DNA from: an uncultured Acidobacteriota bacterium | Lineage (GTDB): Bacteria > Acidobacteriota > UBA6911 | Length of the DNA stretch: 64,000 nt | Assembly: GCA_963843575.1 (NCBI GenBank) | Contig: CAWJKZ010000026.1 | Location: forward strand, 96,001 to 160,000 | Direction of reading: 5' to 3' | Part shown: in pieces, positions 1 to 11,810 of the stretch | How positions within the stretch are numbered: position 1 is the stretch's first letter | Layout: every line of letters begins with the position of its first letter | Notes under the pieces: model-generated | The model's database searches: none | Told to the model about the DNA's origin: nothing | Seen by the model: only the letters and a program-made list of their open reading frames with translations | Translations under genes and position numbers: made by a program

Positions 1-149
1 GGGGAGATGCCGAGGCTTTGGGCGGGGGACCGGGGGGAGCAGCCTAACGGCGGCCGCGTGCCGCCGCCCCGATTGCCCTGACCTCGCTGTCCGGCAGATT
101 GCCCTCCGGTCGGCGATGGTCGGAACACCGTGTCCCGGCCGTTCCTCAT

Positions 150-298
150 GGCATCCGCGACTTCGACTTGGCGCCGCCCGGCGGCGCCTCCGCTTCGTGA
201 CGCTGGCTGAATCGGAAAACCAGCCCGGCGCAAGTTCAGCGACCCAACTGACCTTGGTCTTTAACTTTTTCGATGAGATCCGCCGCCTCACGAGGTGA
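150..298 (+). pseudogene. Degenerate C-terminal remnant resembling the end of TolB-like propeller/Ser-Thr kinase proteins
   Basis: Frame-split peptide RDFDLAP../RFVTLAES..ATQLTLVFNFFDEIRRLTR* resembles the 'FDxAPDGxRF...LVLNWFEELKR' tail of acidobacterial kinase-propeller proteins; no clean upstream ORF. Confidence 0.4.
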
Positions 299-344
299 CG
301 GTGCTTCCGGAAGCGGGCATGCGACCGAATTCTGGGGACAGGCT

Positions 345-476
345 ATGCAACTCCTGGCGATCCCCAGGGGCCCGTTCGATCGCGTGCTGGTGGCGCGGAG
401 CCTTTCCGAACCCCTCATCCTACTTACGAACGACGATGCTCTCGCCGGCTACGGAGCAGGCATCCGAGTCGTTTAG
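345..476 (+). pseudogene. PIN/VapC toxin C-terminal fragment
   Basis: PFDRVLVARSLSEPLILLTNDDAL matches the 'DPFDRxLxAQAxxExLxLLTxD' C-terminal PIN motif; N-terminal half and antitoxin absent. Confidence 0.6.
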
Positions 477-491
477 CCTAACGAGCCGAGG

Positions 492-1622
492 TCACTCGCG
501 TTCGTCTTTGGGGACGGGGCGCTCATCAGACGTCAGCCACCCTTTCCTGCCGAAGTAGATCAGCATGACCGTGGCGAGCAGTGCCATGAGCCCAAGGGCG
601 AACGGGTACCCCCAGTACCAGTTCAATTCCGGCATGTTCAATGGCGATTGGGCCGTGTTGAAGTTCATGCCGTAGATGCCGGCGATCAGGGTTAGCGGGA
701 TGAAGATGGTCGTAAAAATGGTGAGCACCTTCATGACCTCGTTCATGCGGTTGCTTACGCTCGACAGGTAGACGTCGGTCAGGCTGGAGGCGATGTCGCG
801 GTAATTCTCGAGCAGGTCGATGATCTGCACGGTGTGGTCGTAACAGTCCCGAAGGTAGAGCCTGGTCTCCTGGGTGATGAGGGGTGTGCTTTCCCGGTAG
901 AGAGTGGTCAGCACCTCGCGCAAAGGCCATGCCGCTCGTCTTAGCGTCAGCAGGTCGCGTTTGACCTCGTGAATGCGGGTTATGGCGCCGCGCAGCGGGT
1001 TGAGGATCACCTCGTCCTCGAGCGCCTCCAGCTGTTCGCCGTACTTCTCGAGCACGGGGAAATAGTGGTCTACGAAAGCGTCCACCAGCGCGTAGGCGAG
1101 GTAATCCGGTCCGGCGTTGCGGATCCGACCGCCGGCCTTGCGGATCCTCGCCCTGACGGGATCGAAGCAATCGCCGGGGAGTTCCTGGAATGTCACCACG
1201 AAGTTCTTGCCGAGGAACAGGCTCAGTTGCTCGGTTTCCACGCGCTGATTGATTTCGACCATGCGCCCGACAATGAAATAATAGTCGGGATACTGTTCCA
1301 CCTTGGCCCGTTGATGGACGTTAATGACGTCCTCCAGGGCCAGCACGTGCAGGTTGAACAGGGCGCCGAGTCCGGCGATGCTGGCCGCGTCCCCCAGCCC
1401 GTCGACGTTCACCCATGTCACGGGCCAGACCCCTACGAACTCGCGGACGTCCTCGGCCTGTCCCACGGTGCGCTCCGCGATGCCGTCAGGCCCATAGGCG
1501 ATCACCTTGATGTCGGGGTGCGGGGCGTGGGGGTCGGGAACCAGCGTGCCGGGGGGCGAACCCGGAGGCTGCCGCCTGTGGAGTTTGTGTCGGTGCCCTC
1601 TTCGCTTGTCTTTCCTGGTCAT
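492..1622 (-). CDS. corA: Magnesium/cobalt transporter CorA
   Basis: GIYGMNF (GMN signature), MPELNW, two C-terminal TM helices, N-terminal PGTL motif. Confidence 0.95.
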   Translation of the reverse strand: MTRKDKRRGHRHKLHRRQPPGSPPGTLVPDPHAPHPDIKVIAYGPDGIAERTVGQAEDVREFVGVWPVTWVNVDGLGDAASIAGLGALFNLHVLALEDVINVHQRAKVEQYPDYYFIVGRMVEINQRVETEQLSLFLGKNFVVTFQELPGDCFDPVRARIRKAGGRIRNAGPDYLAYALVDAFVDHYFPVLEKYGEQLEALEDEVILNPLRGAITRIHEVKRDLLTLRRAAWPLREVLTTLYRESTPLITQETRLYLRDCYDHTVQIIDLLENYRDIASSLTDVYLSSVSNRMNEVMKVLTIFTTIFIPLTLIAGIYGMNFNTAQSPLNMPELNWYWGYPFALGLMALLATVMLIYFGRKGWLTSDERPVPKDERE

Positions 1623-1863
1623 GGTCTCTCCTGCCGCCACCGTCCCCTCCGCGGCGAGTATCACGCGGCCGTGGACAACGGGGATTCTACACCGCGCGGC
1701 GGTTCGGGGCGGGGAAAACAGAGCGGAAACACTCTCGCCTCAGGTGCTTGGCAGCCCTTCATTTGCGCTTTGGTCCGGTGCGGATCCTGGAGTATGGTTA
1801 AGGCCGCCCATCGAACTTGCAGGGACCCGACGTGCGCTGCCGCCACGCACGACTGGAGGAGAT

Positions 1864-2868
1864 ATGGTCATCGTGCAGTCCTATCCGGTAGCCGTAGCGC
1901 TCTGCTTCGTCACGATGTTGTGTTGGGGTTCCTGGGCCAACACGCAGAAACTTGCCGGGAAGGAGTGGCGCTTCCAGCTCTTTTACTGGGACTATGCCCT
2001 CGGGGTCATCCTGGTCTCCCTGGCGCTCGCACTGACGTTGGGGAGCGTGGGGACAGAGGGGCGGAGCTTTGCGGCCGACCTCGCCCAGGCCTGCGCGCCG
2101 GCCCTGGGCTCTGCGTTTCTCGGTGGGGTCGTGTTCAACCTGGCGAACATCCTACTGGTGGCGGCCATCGATATCGCCGGAATGAGCGTCGCCTTTCCGG
2201 TCGGGATCGGGCTGGCGCTGGTGGTCGGGGTGCTGACTAACTATGTCGCGGCACCTGTCGGCAATCCGGCGCTGCTCTTTCTTGGGGTGGCGGGCGTGAC
2301 CCTGGCGATCGTGGTGGACGCCCTGGCCTATCGGCGCCTGCCCTCTGCCGGCACCAGAACCGGGGGCAAAGGGATCGGGGTCTCCATCCTGGCCGGCCTG
2401 CTGATGGGCTTTTTTTATCGCTTTGTTGCGGCCTCGATGGTCTCCGATTTTGCCCGGCCGGAGGCGGGGAAGCTGACGCCGTACACAGCCGTGGTCTTGT
2501 TTTCGGTCGGACTCTTCCTGTCCAATTTCGTCTGGAACAGCCTGTTCATGGCCAAGCCTCTGGTCGGGGAACGCGTGCCCTTCTCGGACTACTTTCGCAG
2601 GGGCACCCCGCGACTGCACGCGATAGGGGCGCTCGGCGGGGCGATCTGGGGTGTCGGCATGTCGTTCAGCATCATCGCCTCGGGGCAGGCCGGTGTGGCG
2701 ATATCCTACGGGCTGGGTCAGGGAGCGACCATGGTTGCGGCACTCTGGGGCGTGTTCGTGTGGAAGGAATTCCGGGGGGCCCGCCGCGGCACGGGCGGCC
2801 TGCTCGCGCTGATGTTTCTCGGTTACGCGGCGGGGCTTGCGCTGATCATCGCCGCCCGGGTCGCCTGA
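1864..2868 (+). CDS. DMT/GRP-family sugar (ribose-type) uptake transporter
   Basis: About 10 TM helices, CWGSWANT and GVFVWKEF motifs, GGAGGA RBS at 1855-1860, directly upstream of ribokinase. Confidence 0.8.
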   Translation: MVIVQSYPVAVALCFVTMLCWGSWANTQKLAGKEWRFQLFYWDYALGVILVSLALALTLGSVGTEGRSFAADLAQACAPALGSAFLGGVVFNLANILLVAAIDIAGMSVAFPVGIGLALVVGVLTNYVAAPVGNPALLFLGVAGVTLAIVVDALAYRRLPSAGTRTGGKGIGVSILAGLLMGFFYRFVAASMVSDFARPEAGKLTPYTAVVLFSVGLFLSNFVWNSLFMAKPLVGERVPFSDYFRRGTPRLHAIGALGGAIWGVGMSFSIIASGQAGVAISYGLGQGATMVAALWGVFVWKEFRGARRGTGGLLALMFLGYAAGLALIIAARVA

Positions 2869-2892
2869 GTTCCGGGCAGCCGAAGAGGGATC

Positions 2893-3834
2893 ATGACTCC
2901 ACGGGAAATCGTTGTCGTGGGCAGTTCGAACACGGACATGATCATTCAGTTGCCGCGGATTCCGCGTCCCGGAGAAACCATCCTGGGCGGCCGTTTCACC
3001 ATGGCCGCCGGCGGGAAGGGAGCCAACCAGGCCGTCGCCGCCGCCAGGGCGGGGGGAACTGTCCGGCTGGTAGCGCGGGTCGGCAGCGACGTCTTTGGTC
3101 AGCGGGCGCTGGAAGGCTTCGAGCAGGACGGGATCGACGTCGGCCGCGTCGTGCGCGACGCAAGCGAGCCGTCGGGGACCGCCTTGATCTTTGTCGAGGA
3201 TTCCGGCGAAAACTGCATTGCGGTGGCCCCGGGGGCAAACGCGCGCCTGTCCGTCGAGGATGTCGCGAGCGCGGCCAGTGCCCTCGAGTCCGCGTCCATA
3301 CTGCTTATGCAGCTGGAGATCCCGATGGAGTCGGTGCTCGCGGCCGCCGAGATCGCCTCGGCGCGAGGCGTGACCGTGATCCTGAATCCCGCACCGGCGG
3401 CTTCTGTCCCGGCTGAGTTGCTGGCACGAGTTTCCATTCTGACCCCGAACGAGACGGAGGCCCGGGTGCTGACGGGAGTGGAGATTCGCGACGACCTCAG
3501 CCTGGCGCGAGCCGCAGACGCTCTCATGTCCAAGGGGGTCGCGACGGTACTGATCACCTTGGGGGCCAAAGGGGTCTTTCTCGCGACCGCGGGGATGCGG
3601 CAGATCATACCCGGTTTCCCGGTGGCAGCGGTCGACACCACCGCCGCAGGCGATGTCTTCAATGGCGCCCTCGCGGTCGGGTTGAGCGAGGGTGTGGACC
3701 TGCGCGGTGCCGTCCGGTTTGCCAACGCCGCTGCTGCGCTGTCCGTCACGCGGTTGGGAGCTCAGCCGTCGATTCCGTCCCGTCCGGCTATCGACGCGTT
3801 CCTCGCCGCTGCCACTCCCGGCTCGGGAGCATAG
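2893..3834 (+). CDS. rbsK: Ribokinase
   Basis: GSSNTD, GGKGANQAVAAAR, PNETE, DTTAAGDVFNG PfkB signatures. Confidence 0.93.
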   Translation: MTPREIVVVGSSNTDMIIQLPRIPRPGETILGGRFTMAAGGKGANQAVAAARAGGTVRLVARVGSDVFGQRALEGFEQDGIDVGRVVRDASEPSGTALIFVEDSGENCIAVAPGANARLSVEDVASAASALESASILLMQLEIPMESVLAAAEIASARGVTVILNPAPAASVPAELLARVSILTPNETEARVLTGVEIRDDLSLARAADALMSKGVATVLITLGAKGVFLATAGMRQIIPGFPVAAVDTTAAGDVFNGALAVGLSEGVDLRGAVRFANAAAALSVTRLGAQPSIPSRPAIDAFLAAATPGSGA

Positions 3835-3921
3835 GGATCGACAGCCGTTTTGCCCCCTTGGCCCGACAATGGTAATAATTCCCCGTCACCCAAACGCATT
3901 CATAGACGATCGGAATCGATT

Positions 3922-6852
3922 ATGACGACCAACATGAAGTTCCCGAACCCGGGCGGTTTTGAATCGGAATCCCCGCTAGGAGAACGGCTCCGCCACCCTG
4001 ATTCTTTCGTGCGACGGCATGTCGGGCCGCGCGAACAGGATATCCAGCAGATGGCGGCCTTTCTCGGCTATCCCGGCATCGACGCGCTCATCGATGCTGC
4101 GGTCCCCTCATCCATCCGGTTGAAGCGGCCACTCGAGATCGGCGAGGGCCGCAGCGAGTATGTCGTCCTGTCGCAGTTGAGGGAGATCGCGTCGCAGAAC
4201 AAGGTGTTTCGCTCGTTCATCGGGATGGGTTACCACGACTGCATCACCCCCCCCGTGATCCAGCGCAACATCTTCGAAAATCCTGGATGGTACACGCAGT
4301 ACACGCCGTATCAGCCGGAGATTTCCCAGGGAAGGCTCGAGGCGTTGCTGAATTTCCAGACGATGGTCGCCGACCTCACGGGGCTCGAGATCGCCAACGC
4401 GTCCCTCCTGGACGAAGCGACCGCGGCGGCTGAGGCCATGCACATGAGCCGCAACGTCAGCCGGAACGACGCGAACGCATTCTTCGTCTCCGACGCCTGC
4501 CATCCGCAAAACATAGCGGTCGTCAAGACGAGAGCCACTGCCCTCGGAATCGAGGTCATCGTCGGCGATCACGAAAGGTACGACTTTTCGACCCCTGTTT
4601 TCGGGGCGCTCGTGCAGTACCCGGCAACGGACGGCACGATTTCCCATTACGGCGATTTCGTCCGGCGCGCCCACGAGCACGGGGCGCTGGTCACCGTCGC
4701 GGCGGACCTGCTTTCGCTGGCGCTGCTGGTCCCTCCCGGTGAGATGGGGGCGGATATTGCCGTCGGGAGCACGCAGCGGTTCGGGGTGCCTCTCGGCTAC
4801 GGCGGCCCTCACGCCGCGTATTTCTCCACGCGCGACGAGTACAAGCGGCAGATGCCCGGCCGCATCGTGGGCCTTTCCAAGGATGCCGACGGGACCCCGG
4901 CGCTCCGGTTGGCGTTACAGACCCGGGAGCAACACATCCGGAGAGACAAGGCCACGAGCAACATCTGCACGGCCCAGGTGCTCCTCGCGGTGATGGCTTC
5001 GATGTACGCCGTCTATCACGGACCCGAGGGACTGCGCAGGATCGCCGGGCGGATCCGCTTCATGACGGCGATGCTCGGAAACGGTTTGCGGGCGCTTGGC
5101 TATGCCGTGACCCCCGAGCACGTCTTCGACACTCTGAAGGTCCAGGTGAGCGAGAGCCGTCAGGCCGAGGTCGAGGAGTCGGCCCGGGCGCTCGGCATCA
5201 ACTTGCGGCGCCTGGACAAGGGATCGGTCGGAATCAGCCTCAACGAGACGACATCAGCCGACGACCTGCGCGACCTGCTGTCGGTCTTCTCACAGAAAAG
5301 CACGCTCCCGTTCGAGATGAAGGATCTGACCGGGGAGACTGCCCCGGCGCTGCCGCAGCAGCTGGAGCGGACCAGCCCTTACCTCAAACACCCGGTGTTT
5401 AACCGGTACCATTCCGAAACCGAACTGTTGCGCTATATCCACCGGCTGCAGGCCCGCGACCTGTCCCTGACTACGTCCATGATCCCGCTCGGCTCCTGCA
5501 CGATGAAGCTCAACGCAACGGTCGAGATGTTCCCGGTGAGCTGGCCGGAGTTTGCCAAGATCCACCCCTTCGCGCCGGTAGAGCAGACGCGCGGATACCA
5601 GGTCATGTTCGGCCAGCTCGAGCACTGGCTGGCTGAGGTCACCGGGTTCTCCGCCATCTCGCTGCAACCCAACGCGGGCTCCCAGGGGGAATACACGGGG
5701 CTCCTGGTCATCCGCAAATACCACGAATCCAGGGGGGAAGGGCATCGCCGCGTTTGCCTCATCCCGCAGTCCGCACACGGGACCAACCCCGCGAGCGCCG
5801 CGATGGCCGGTCTGAACGTGGTGGTGGTTGCCTGCGACCAGAACGGCAACATCGATGTGGCGGACCTGAAGGCCAAGTCCGCCAAACACGCGGGCGAACT
5901 CGCGGCGCTTATGGTGACCTATCCCTCGACGCACGGCGTGTTCGAAGAAGCGATAAAGGAGATTTGCGATACCGTGCACGCCGCGGGCGGACAGGTCTAC
6001 ATGGACGGCGCCAACATGAACGCGCAGGTAGGCCTGTGCCGTCCGGCCGAAATCGGTGCGGACGTCTGCCACCTGAACCTGCACAAGACGTTCTCCATAC
6101 CGCACGGCGGCGGCGGGCCAGGCATGGGGCCGATCGGGGTGCGGCCGCACCTCGCCCCGTTTCTCCCCCGGCACCCCGTGATCGAAGTCGGCGGCATGGA
6201 TGGAATCGGCCCGGTCTCCGCAGCTCCCTGGGGCAGCCCCAGCATCCTGCCGATCTCCTGGGTGTACATCGCGCTCATGGGTTCCAGGGGTCTGACGGAG
6301 GCCACCAAGGTCGCCATCCTCAACGCCAACTACGTCGCCAAGCGCCTCGACCCGTATTACCCGGTTCTATACAAGGGATCAGGCGGCCTCGTCGCGCACG
6401 AGTGCATCCTGGATCTGCGCCACCTGAAGAAGGATGCGGGGATCGAGGTCGACGACGTGGCCAAGAGGCTGATGGATTGCGGCTTTCATGCGCCCACGGT
6501 CTCGTTCCCGGTCGCCGGGACGATGATGGTGGAGCCGACCGAGAGCGAGTCCCGGGAAGAGCTCGATAGGTTCTGCGACGCCATGATCGCAATTCGAAAG
6601 GAAATCGGGGAGATCGAAGCCGGCCACATGGACGCGCGCGACAATGTCTTGAAGAACGCGCCGCACACGGCCTCGGCGCTGCTCGCCGAACAGTGGCGCC
6701 ACCCGTATTCGCGCGAGCAGGCTGCGTATCCCGTCCCTTGGACCAGAGACCAGAAGTTCTGGCCGCCCGTCGGCCGGGTCGACAACGTCTTCGGGGACCG
6801 GCACCTGATTTGTGCCTGCCCGCCGGTCTCGGCCTACGGCGAGACGAAGTAG
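3922..6852 (+). CDS. gcvP: Glycine dehydrogenase (decarboxylating), single-chain P protein
   Basis: [42 protein letters not shown] (PLP lysine), PHGGGGPG. Confidence 0.97.
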   Translation: MTTNMKFPNPGGFESESPLGERLRHPDSFVRRHVGPREQDIQQMAAFLGYPGIDALIDAAVPSSIRLKRPLEIGEGRSEYVVLSQLREIASQNKVFRSFIGMGYHDCITPPVIQRNIFENPGWYTQYTPYQPEISQGRLEALLNFQTMVADLTGLEIANASLLDEATAAAEAMHMSRNVSRNDANAFFVSDACHPQNIAVVKTRATALGIEVIVGDHERYDFSTPVFGALVQYPATDGTISHYGDFVRRAHEHGALVTVAADLLSLALLVPPGEMGADIAVGSTQRFGVPLGYGGPHAAYFSTRDEYKRQMPGRIVGLSKDADGTPALRLALQTREQHIRRDKATSNICTAQVLLAVMASMYAVYHGPEGLRRIAGRIRFMTAMLGNGLRALGYAVTPEHVFDTLKVQVSESRQAEVEESARALGINLRRLDKGSVGISLNETTSADDLRDLLSVFSQKSTLPFEMKDLTGETAPALPQQLERTSPYLKHPVFNRYHSETELLRYIHRLQARDLSLTTSMIPLGSCTMKLNATVEMFPVSWPEFAKIHPFAPVEQTRGYQVMFGQLEHWLAEVTGFSAISLQPNAGSQGEYTGLLVIRKYHESRGEGHRRVCLIPQSAHGTNPASAAMAGLNVVVVACDQNGNIDVADLKAKSAKHAGELAALMVTYPSTHGVFEEAIKEICDTVHAAGGQVYMDGANMNAQVGLCRPAEIGADVCHLNLHKTFSIPHGGGGPGMGPIGVRPHLAPFLPRHPVIEVGGMDGIGPVSAAPWGSPSILPISWVYIALMGSRGLTEATKVAILNANYVAKRLDPYYPVLYKGSGGLVAHECILDLRHLKKDAGIEVDDVAKRLMDCGFHAPTVSFPVAGTMMVEPTESESREELDRFCDAMIAIRKEIGEIEAGHMDARDNVLKNAPHTASALLAEQWRHPYSREQAAYPVPWTRDQKFWPPVGRVDNVFGDRHLICACPPVSAYGETK

Positions 6853-6860
6853 GACTGACG

Positions 6861-6899
6861 CCGGGAGCGGGGACGGCACCGGAGCTTCCCCGCTCCCGG
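6861..6899. terminator. Hairpin between convergent gcvP and gcvH
   Basis: CCGGGAGCGGGGA...TCCCCGCTCCCGG inverted repeat. Confidence 0.7.
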
Positions 6900-6906
6900 G
6901 TCGGTT

Positions 6907-7296
6907 CTAGCCGTTCCCCTGTTCCTGCAGGTACTCCTCGTATTCCTCCGCGCTCAACAACTCCTTCAGCTCGTCGCTGTTGGCGATGCGCAGCTTGATC
7001 ATCCAGGCCTTTTGGTGCGGGGATTCGTTTACCGTCTCCGGCGTCTCCTCGAGTTTCGTGTTCACCTCGATGACTTCTCCGCCGATCGGGCAGAAGATCT
7101 CGGAGACAGCCTTGACCGATTCAACGGAGCCGAACGGTTCGTTTGCCTCGAACGTGTCGCCGACCTCCGGGAGGTCCACGTACACGACGTCGCCCAGTTC
7201 ATGCTGGGCGTAGTCGGTGATTCCCACCGTGGCGACCTCCCCCTGCACCTGCACCCATTCGTGGTCCTTCGTGTACAGGTTTTCCTCGGGATACAT
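6907..7296 (-). CDS. gcvH: Glycine cleavage system H protein
   Basis: YTKDHEW, VGITDYAQ, VESVKAVS (lipoyl lysine); GGAGG RBS. Confidence 0.96.
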   Translation of the reverse strand: MYPEENLYTKDHEWVQVQGEVATVGITDYAQHELGDVVYVDLPEVGDTFEANEPFGSVESVKAVSEIFCPIGGEVIEVNTKLEETPETVNESPHQKAWMIKLRIANSDELKELLSAEEYEEYLQEQGNG

Positions 7297-7390
7297 CTCG
7301 CGACCTCCACTTGTGGCTGACGGCGGTTCCGGATATGGGCCCTCGGGCCCGGACAACGTTTCCAACAGAAGGCGACACCTGACTTGTTTC

Positions 7391-8500
7391 TTAGGCGGTC
7401 TTCGGCCGTTTGTAAAACGGAGTCTGGACCACCCGGGCCCTGACCGGCTTACCTCGAACGACAACGTCGAACTCCGTTCCGGGCGTCGTGCGGCCGGTCG
7501 GGAGATAGGTGAGTCCGATATTCTTCTGCAGGAACGGGGCCGGGCTGCCGCTCGTCACAACCCCAACCTGCGTCCCCGTCCAGGATCACGGGGTAATGAT
7601 CGCGGGCGATGCCGCGGTCGGTCATCTCGAAACCGACCAGCAGTCGCGGCACCCCGTTGCGACTCTGCTCCAGGAGGGCGTCGCGACCGATGAATTCGCC
7701 CTTGTCGAGCCTGCAGATCCAGGCGAGGTCCGCCTCCAGGACCGTGGTCGTGTCGTCGATGTCGTTGCCATAGAGCGCCATCTTGGACTTCCAGCCTCAG
7801 CGTGTTGCGGGCCGCCAGCCCCGCAGGCTGAAGCCCGAAGGGCGCGCCCGCCTCCATGATCCGGGTCCAGACCGCCGCGGCTTTGGCCGGCCCGAGATAA
7901 ATCTCGAACCCGTCCTCGCCGGTGTAGCCGGTGCGCGACACGATCGCGTCGACCCCCGCGATCTTCCCCTCCGCAAACCAGTAGTATTTCATCGCTGCGA
8001 GGTTGATGCCCAGTCAAGGGTTGCAGAATCTCGGCCGAACGCGGACCCTGCACGGCCAGCTGGCTGAATTCCTCGCTGCGGAACAGAACCTCGGTGCCCG
8101 GTTGTGCGTGGTCCCGGATCCACTGAAAATCCTTCTCCTGGTTGGAAGAGTTGACACAGAGGAAGAAATGACCGCGCCCCATGCGGTAGACGAGAATGTC
8201 GTCGACGAACGTCCCTTTGGGCGTCATCAGGGCGGAGTAGTGGCACTGGCCGATTGCAAGCCGCCGGACGTCGTTGCTCGTGACTTTCTGGATCGTCTCC
8301 TCGGCGGTCGAACCCTTCAGTTCGATCTCACCCATGTGGCTGACGTCGAATATTCCCGCGCGGGTGCGAACCGCCAGGTGTTCCGGCATGGGCCCGGCGT
8401 ACTGCACCGGCATGTCCCACCCGGCGAAGTCCACCATGCGCGCGCCCAGCTGACGATGAATCGAGTTCAGAGGCGTTTTCTTGAGTTCCGGAGAGTCCAC
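7391..8500 (-). CDS. gcvT: Aminomethyltransferase (T protein), split by several frameshifts
   Basis: FAGWDMPVQY, FDVSHMGE, SRTGYTGEDGFE, ARNTLRLE, LYGNDI and terminal VVQTPFYKRPKTA* lie in successive frames. Confidence 0.9.
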
Positions 8501-8703
8501 TGGAGAGTTCCTTTTGAAAAGACCCGAAATCGTGTGGAATCTATCACTTCGCGCTTGTGGGAGTCAAGCGCATTTCCTGCCTGCTAGCTTTTGACAACAA
8601 ATGGTTTAACAGGACGGCCCCGGTTTGCCGTGACCGCGAGGAAGCGGGCGAAGTTTGGGAACGTTCGACCCGGTGCGGAGTATAAGCGGCCGAGAGGAAT
8701 AAC

Positions 8704-11116
8704 ATGCTTTACGGCATTTTTTTGGCGCTGGCGCTTTCTGCCGGGGCCGGTTCCGAGGCGTCGCCGCCCCCCTCCGCCATTCGCCGGGTCGAGGTCGAGG
8801 GAAATCACCGGTTCCCCACGCCTGGGATTCTGAAAGTGATCTCGAGTGCTCCCGGGAAGCCATACGACGAAACGGCGGCCCGCGAGGACTTGCGCAGGCT
8901 GTACGCGACAGGTTTTTTCCAGGACGTTTCCGTCACCAGCCGGCCTGCGGACGACGGACGTGTGGATGTGCACGTCCGGGTCGTCGAGTTGCCGTACATC
9001 TCGGAGTTCGTCATCACGGGAGCGGGCTCGGGGCTGGAGCAACGCATCCGTGAGGTGTTGCGCAAGGAAAAGCTCGAGCTCCGCCCTGCCACGCCGTTCA
9101 GCCCGGCCCGATCGGGCAAGGCCGCGGCGCTGGTGAGGAATCTCCTGCGGGCGCAGAAGTACCCACAGGCGGAGGTGGTCGTGGATCCCGAGCCGGCAGG
9201 GGTTCTGGTGCGCGCCCACATGCGCATCCGCACCGGGCCTCAACTGAAAGTCGGGCGGGTGGAGTTCATCGGCAACTCCAGCATCGCGGCGGGGGAACTG
9301 CTGCGTGAGATGAAGCACACGCGCTCGGGCAGTCTGTGGGCGTTCTGGTCGGATGCCGGGCGATACCTTCCCGAGGAACTCGCCGCCGACATGGAATCGA
9401 TCCGGCGGCTGTACCAGTCGCGCGGTTTTGCGGCGGCGCGCATCGGCCCACCGGAGGTCGTGGCCCAGGATGCCGCGCCTCGTCGTGCCTTTCATGGCTC
9501 ACAAGGCCGAATTACGCATACGGATACCGGTAGCCGAGGGCGCGCAGTTCACCTTGACGGCTATCTCGGTCGAGGACGACGGCAAGCCGGCGTCGGAGCA
9601 GGCGGCCGATGTCGCGCGCCAGATCCGGGTGCCGTGCCGTTACGACTTGGCTGCGCTCGAGTCAGTCAAGACCTCGATGGGCCAGGCGCTCGGACACGCG
9701 GGCTATGCCATGGCCGATGTCCGGCTCGAGCAGGCCTTCGACGAGGGCACACGGTCCGTGCGGGCGACATACCGTGTCACCGCGGGTGAACCCGCGATCG
9801 TCGGACGCCTACGGTTCGAAGGGAACGCGCGGATCCCCGACAAGTTCCTCCGGCGCGAGCTGCGGACCAAGGAAGGGGATGTGTTCGACTCGTCACTTCT
9901 GGACGCAGAGTCTGGCGCGGTTGAACGGAAGCAATCTGGTCCGGGAAATGGGACGCACGGATGTCGTCCTGGAAATGGACGAGGTGCGGCAGGAACTCGA
10001 CATCACGTTCAAGGTGAAGGAGAACGAGCTCCGCGGAATCTACGGCACCGGTGGACTAGCCGGGGGTGGGTACCTCGGGCTGGTCTACTCCTTCTTCAAC
10101 CTGTTCGGGATCGGGGAGAGGATTGCCATGGAGTTGGACGGCGGGGCGGCGCAATCCAACCTGTTGCTCAACGTCGTGGGACATCATTTTCTCGGCTCGC
10201 CGTTCACCCTGGCGCTGTCCGCCTTCCACCGGTACACGAACCTCAACGTGGCCAACATCGTCCCCGACACGCAGGACATGGTTGGGGTATTCCGCCGGCG
10301 ATCCACCGGGTTGGGACTTTCGGGCTCTTATCCCCTGACCTCCCGGATACAGGCTCGGGCTGGGGTACCAGTTCGCGCGGGACGAGATTACGGGCGACGG
10401 GTTCGCCACCTCTACCGTAAGCCGGTCGGAGGTGACGCCCTCGCTGGTGTTCGACTCCGTCCGGGGTTCGGGGCCGGCCACGCGCGGGAACAGGGTCGCC
10501 TTCGCCCGGACGTGGTCGGGCCCCGTGCTGCTCGACAGGATAGAATCGGGCCGGGAAGCCTTCCGGTTTTCCAACTTCAGCGGCGACCCCTTGACCTCGG
10601 GCCGCAACTCGTTCGCCTTCCAGTTCCAGGGCGCGTGGGCGCACTCCGGTGCGACAGTCCCTCGCGCCCGACCTGCGCTACTACCCCGGCACCGAAGTGG
10701 CGCGAGGGTTTGCACGCGGCGGGCTGAGCGCCTGGGGCATGACCGATGGAGCGACCGGACCGTCCGATCTCCGGGTGCTCGGCGCCGACGCTCTGCTGGG
10801 ATTCTCCACAGAATACCGGCTGCCTTTGAGCGGGCCGCTCGGCGGCGCGGCCTTCTTTGATCTGGCCTGGACCCGGCTGAACACCCGCAACGGCAGCCCC
10901 ATCGCCGGGGTGCGGCAGTTGGCCGGCACCAGCGGCGTCATCCGCGCCTCAACCGGGGGAGAATTGCGGCTGCAGTTGCCAGTCATCCGGCAGCCTGCGC
11001 GCCTGATCTTCGCCTGGAATCCATTCCGGCTGGACGCCTTGGTCAGGGGAGCTTCACCCTTTCGCGTCGCTGACCCGCGTGGCGCGATCCGCTTCGCCCT
11101 GGGGGACATCTTCTGA
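8704..11116 (+). CDS. Omp85/BamA-family outer membrane protein (POTRA plus barrel), frameshifted
   Basis: Signal peptide, POTRA repeats (IRRVEVEGN, VEFIGN, LRFEGNARIPDKFLRREL), ARGF motif, terminal Phe; spread over about 5 overlapping ORFs. Confidence 0.8.
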
Positions 11117-11133
11117 GCCCGGGCCGGAGACCT

Positions 11134-11656
11134 CTACTTTGCGAACTGGAAGTCGGCTGAGAGTTTGGTGGTACCCCACAGCATGATGAAGGTACCTCCC
11201 TTCGGAGCCTCCTTGAGTTCGATCGTGAACGTCTCGACCGCACTCGGGGCCGCTTCCTTCTTCAGCGGGATCCTGCCGACATCCTTCGCCGGGTTGTGCT
11301 CCGTCCCCCATTGCCCCGTCTGGGAGTTCAACACCAGTTCGAATCTGTCCGAGGCGTCCCTGGCCAGGAACAGGCTGTAGCTCCCCTTCGGGACCTTGGT
11401 GCCGCGCGAAGGCGAGGTCCACGGGGGTGGTCAGCGTCGTCGCCTGGTTCATTCCCATACGCCAGGAGTCTCCCGGCTTGAGTTGCGCCAGCATTTCCCG
11501 ACCCTTCAGGGCGGGGCGTCCGTAGTCGATGGTGACGGACCCGGAGGCCGCCTTCAGTTCCGCCTTGCCGCGGCCGCCCTGGCCGGCGACCGGGAGCGCG
11601 AACGACAACACAAACAGCATGCCTGCGCACAATCCAACGGCTCTCTTGATAGTCAT
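11134..11656 (-). CDS. DUF2911 family secreted protein, one frameshift
   Basis: Signal peptide, VTIDYGRPALKGR, WRMGMNQAT, GQWGTEHN, ETFTIEL. Confidence 0.8.
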
Positions 11657-11810
11657 ACCCGTCACCTCCATAAGAAGTTGGTAGTGAAAAGATAACAGGA
11701 GACCTGCGGGGTGACTAGTGGGCTGGCAGTCTGAGCGGTCCCTGTCCCACTCTTCGGTTGGTTCCTGGCCCGAATTGTGAGAAGTTTCCGTCTCTCGATC
11801 GGAGCGCGAC

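Noticed and set aside
41-510. GCCTAAC at about 42 and 476 as integron attC ends flanking a toxin cassette
   Set aside because: No matching GTTRRRY with a suitable imperfect palindrome at attC distance; the second copy runs straight into the corA stop; no integrase in the window
1721-1746. GGAAACACTCTCGCCTCAGG as a glycine riboswitch piece
   Set aside because: Other conserved aptamer elements are absent, and the downstream gene is a sugar transporter
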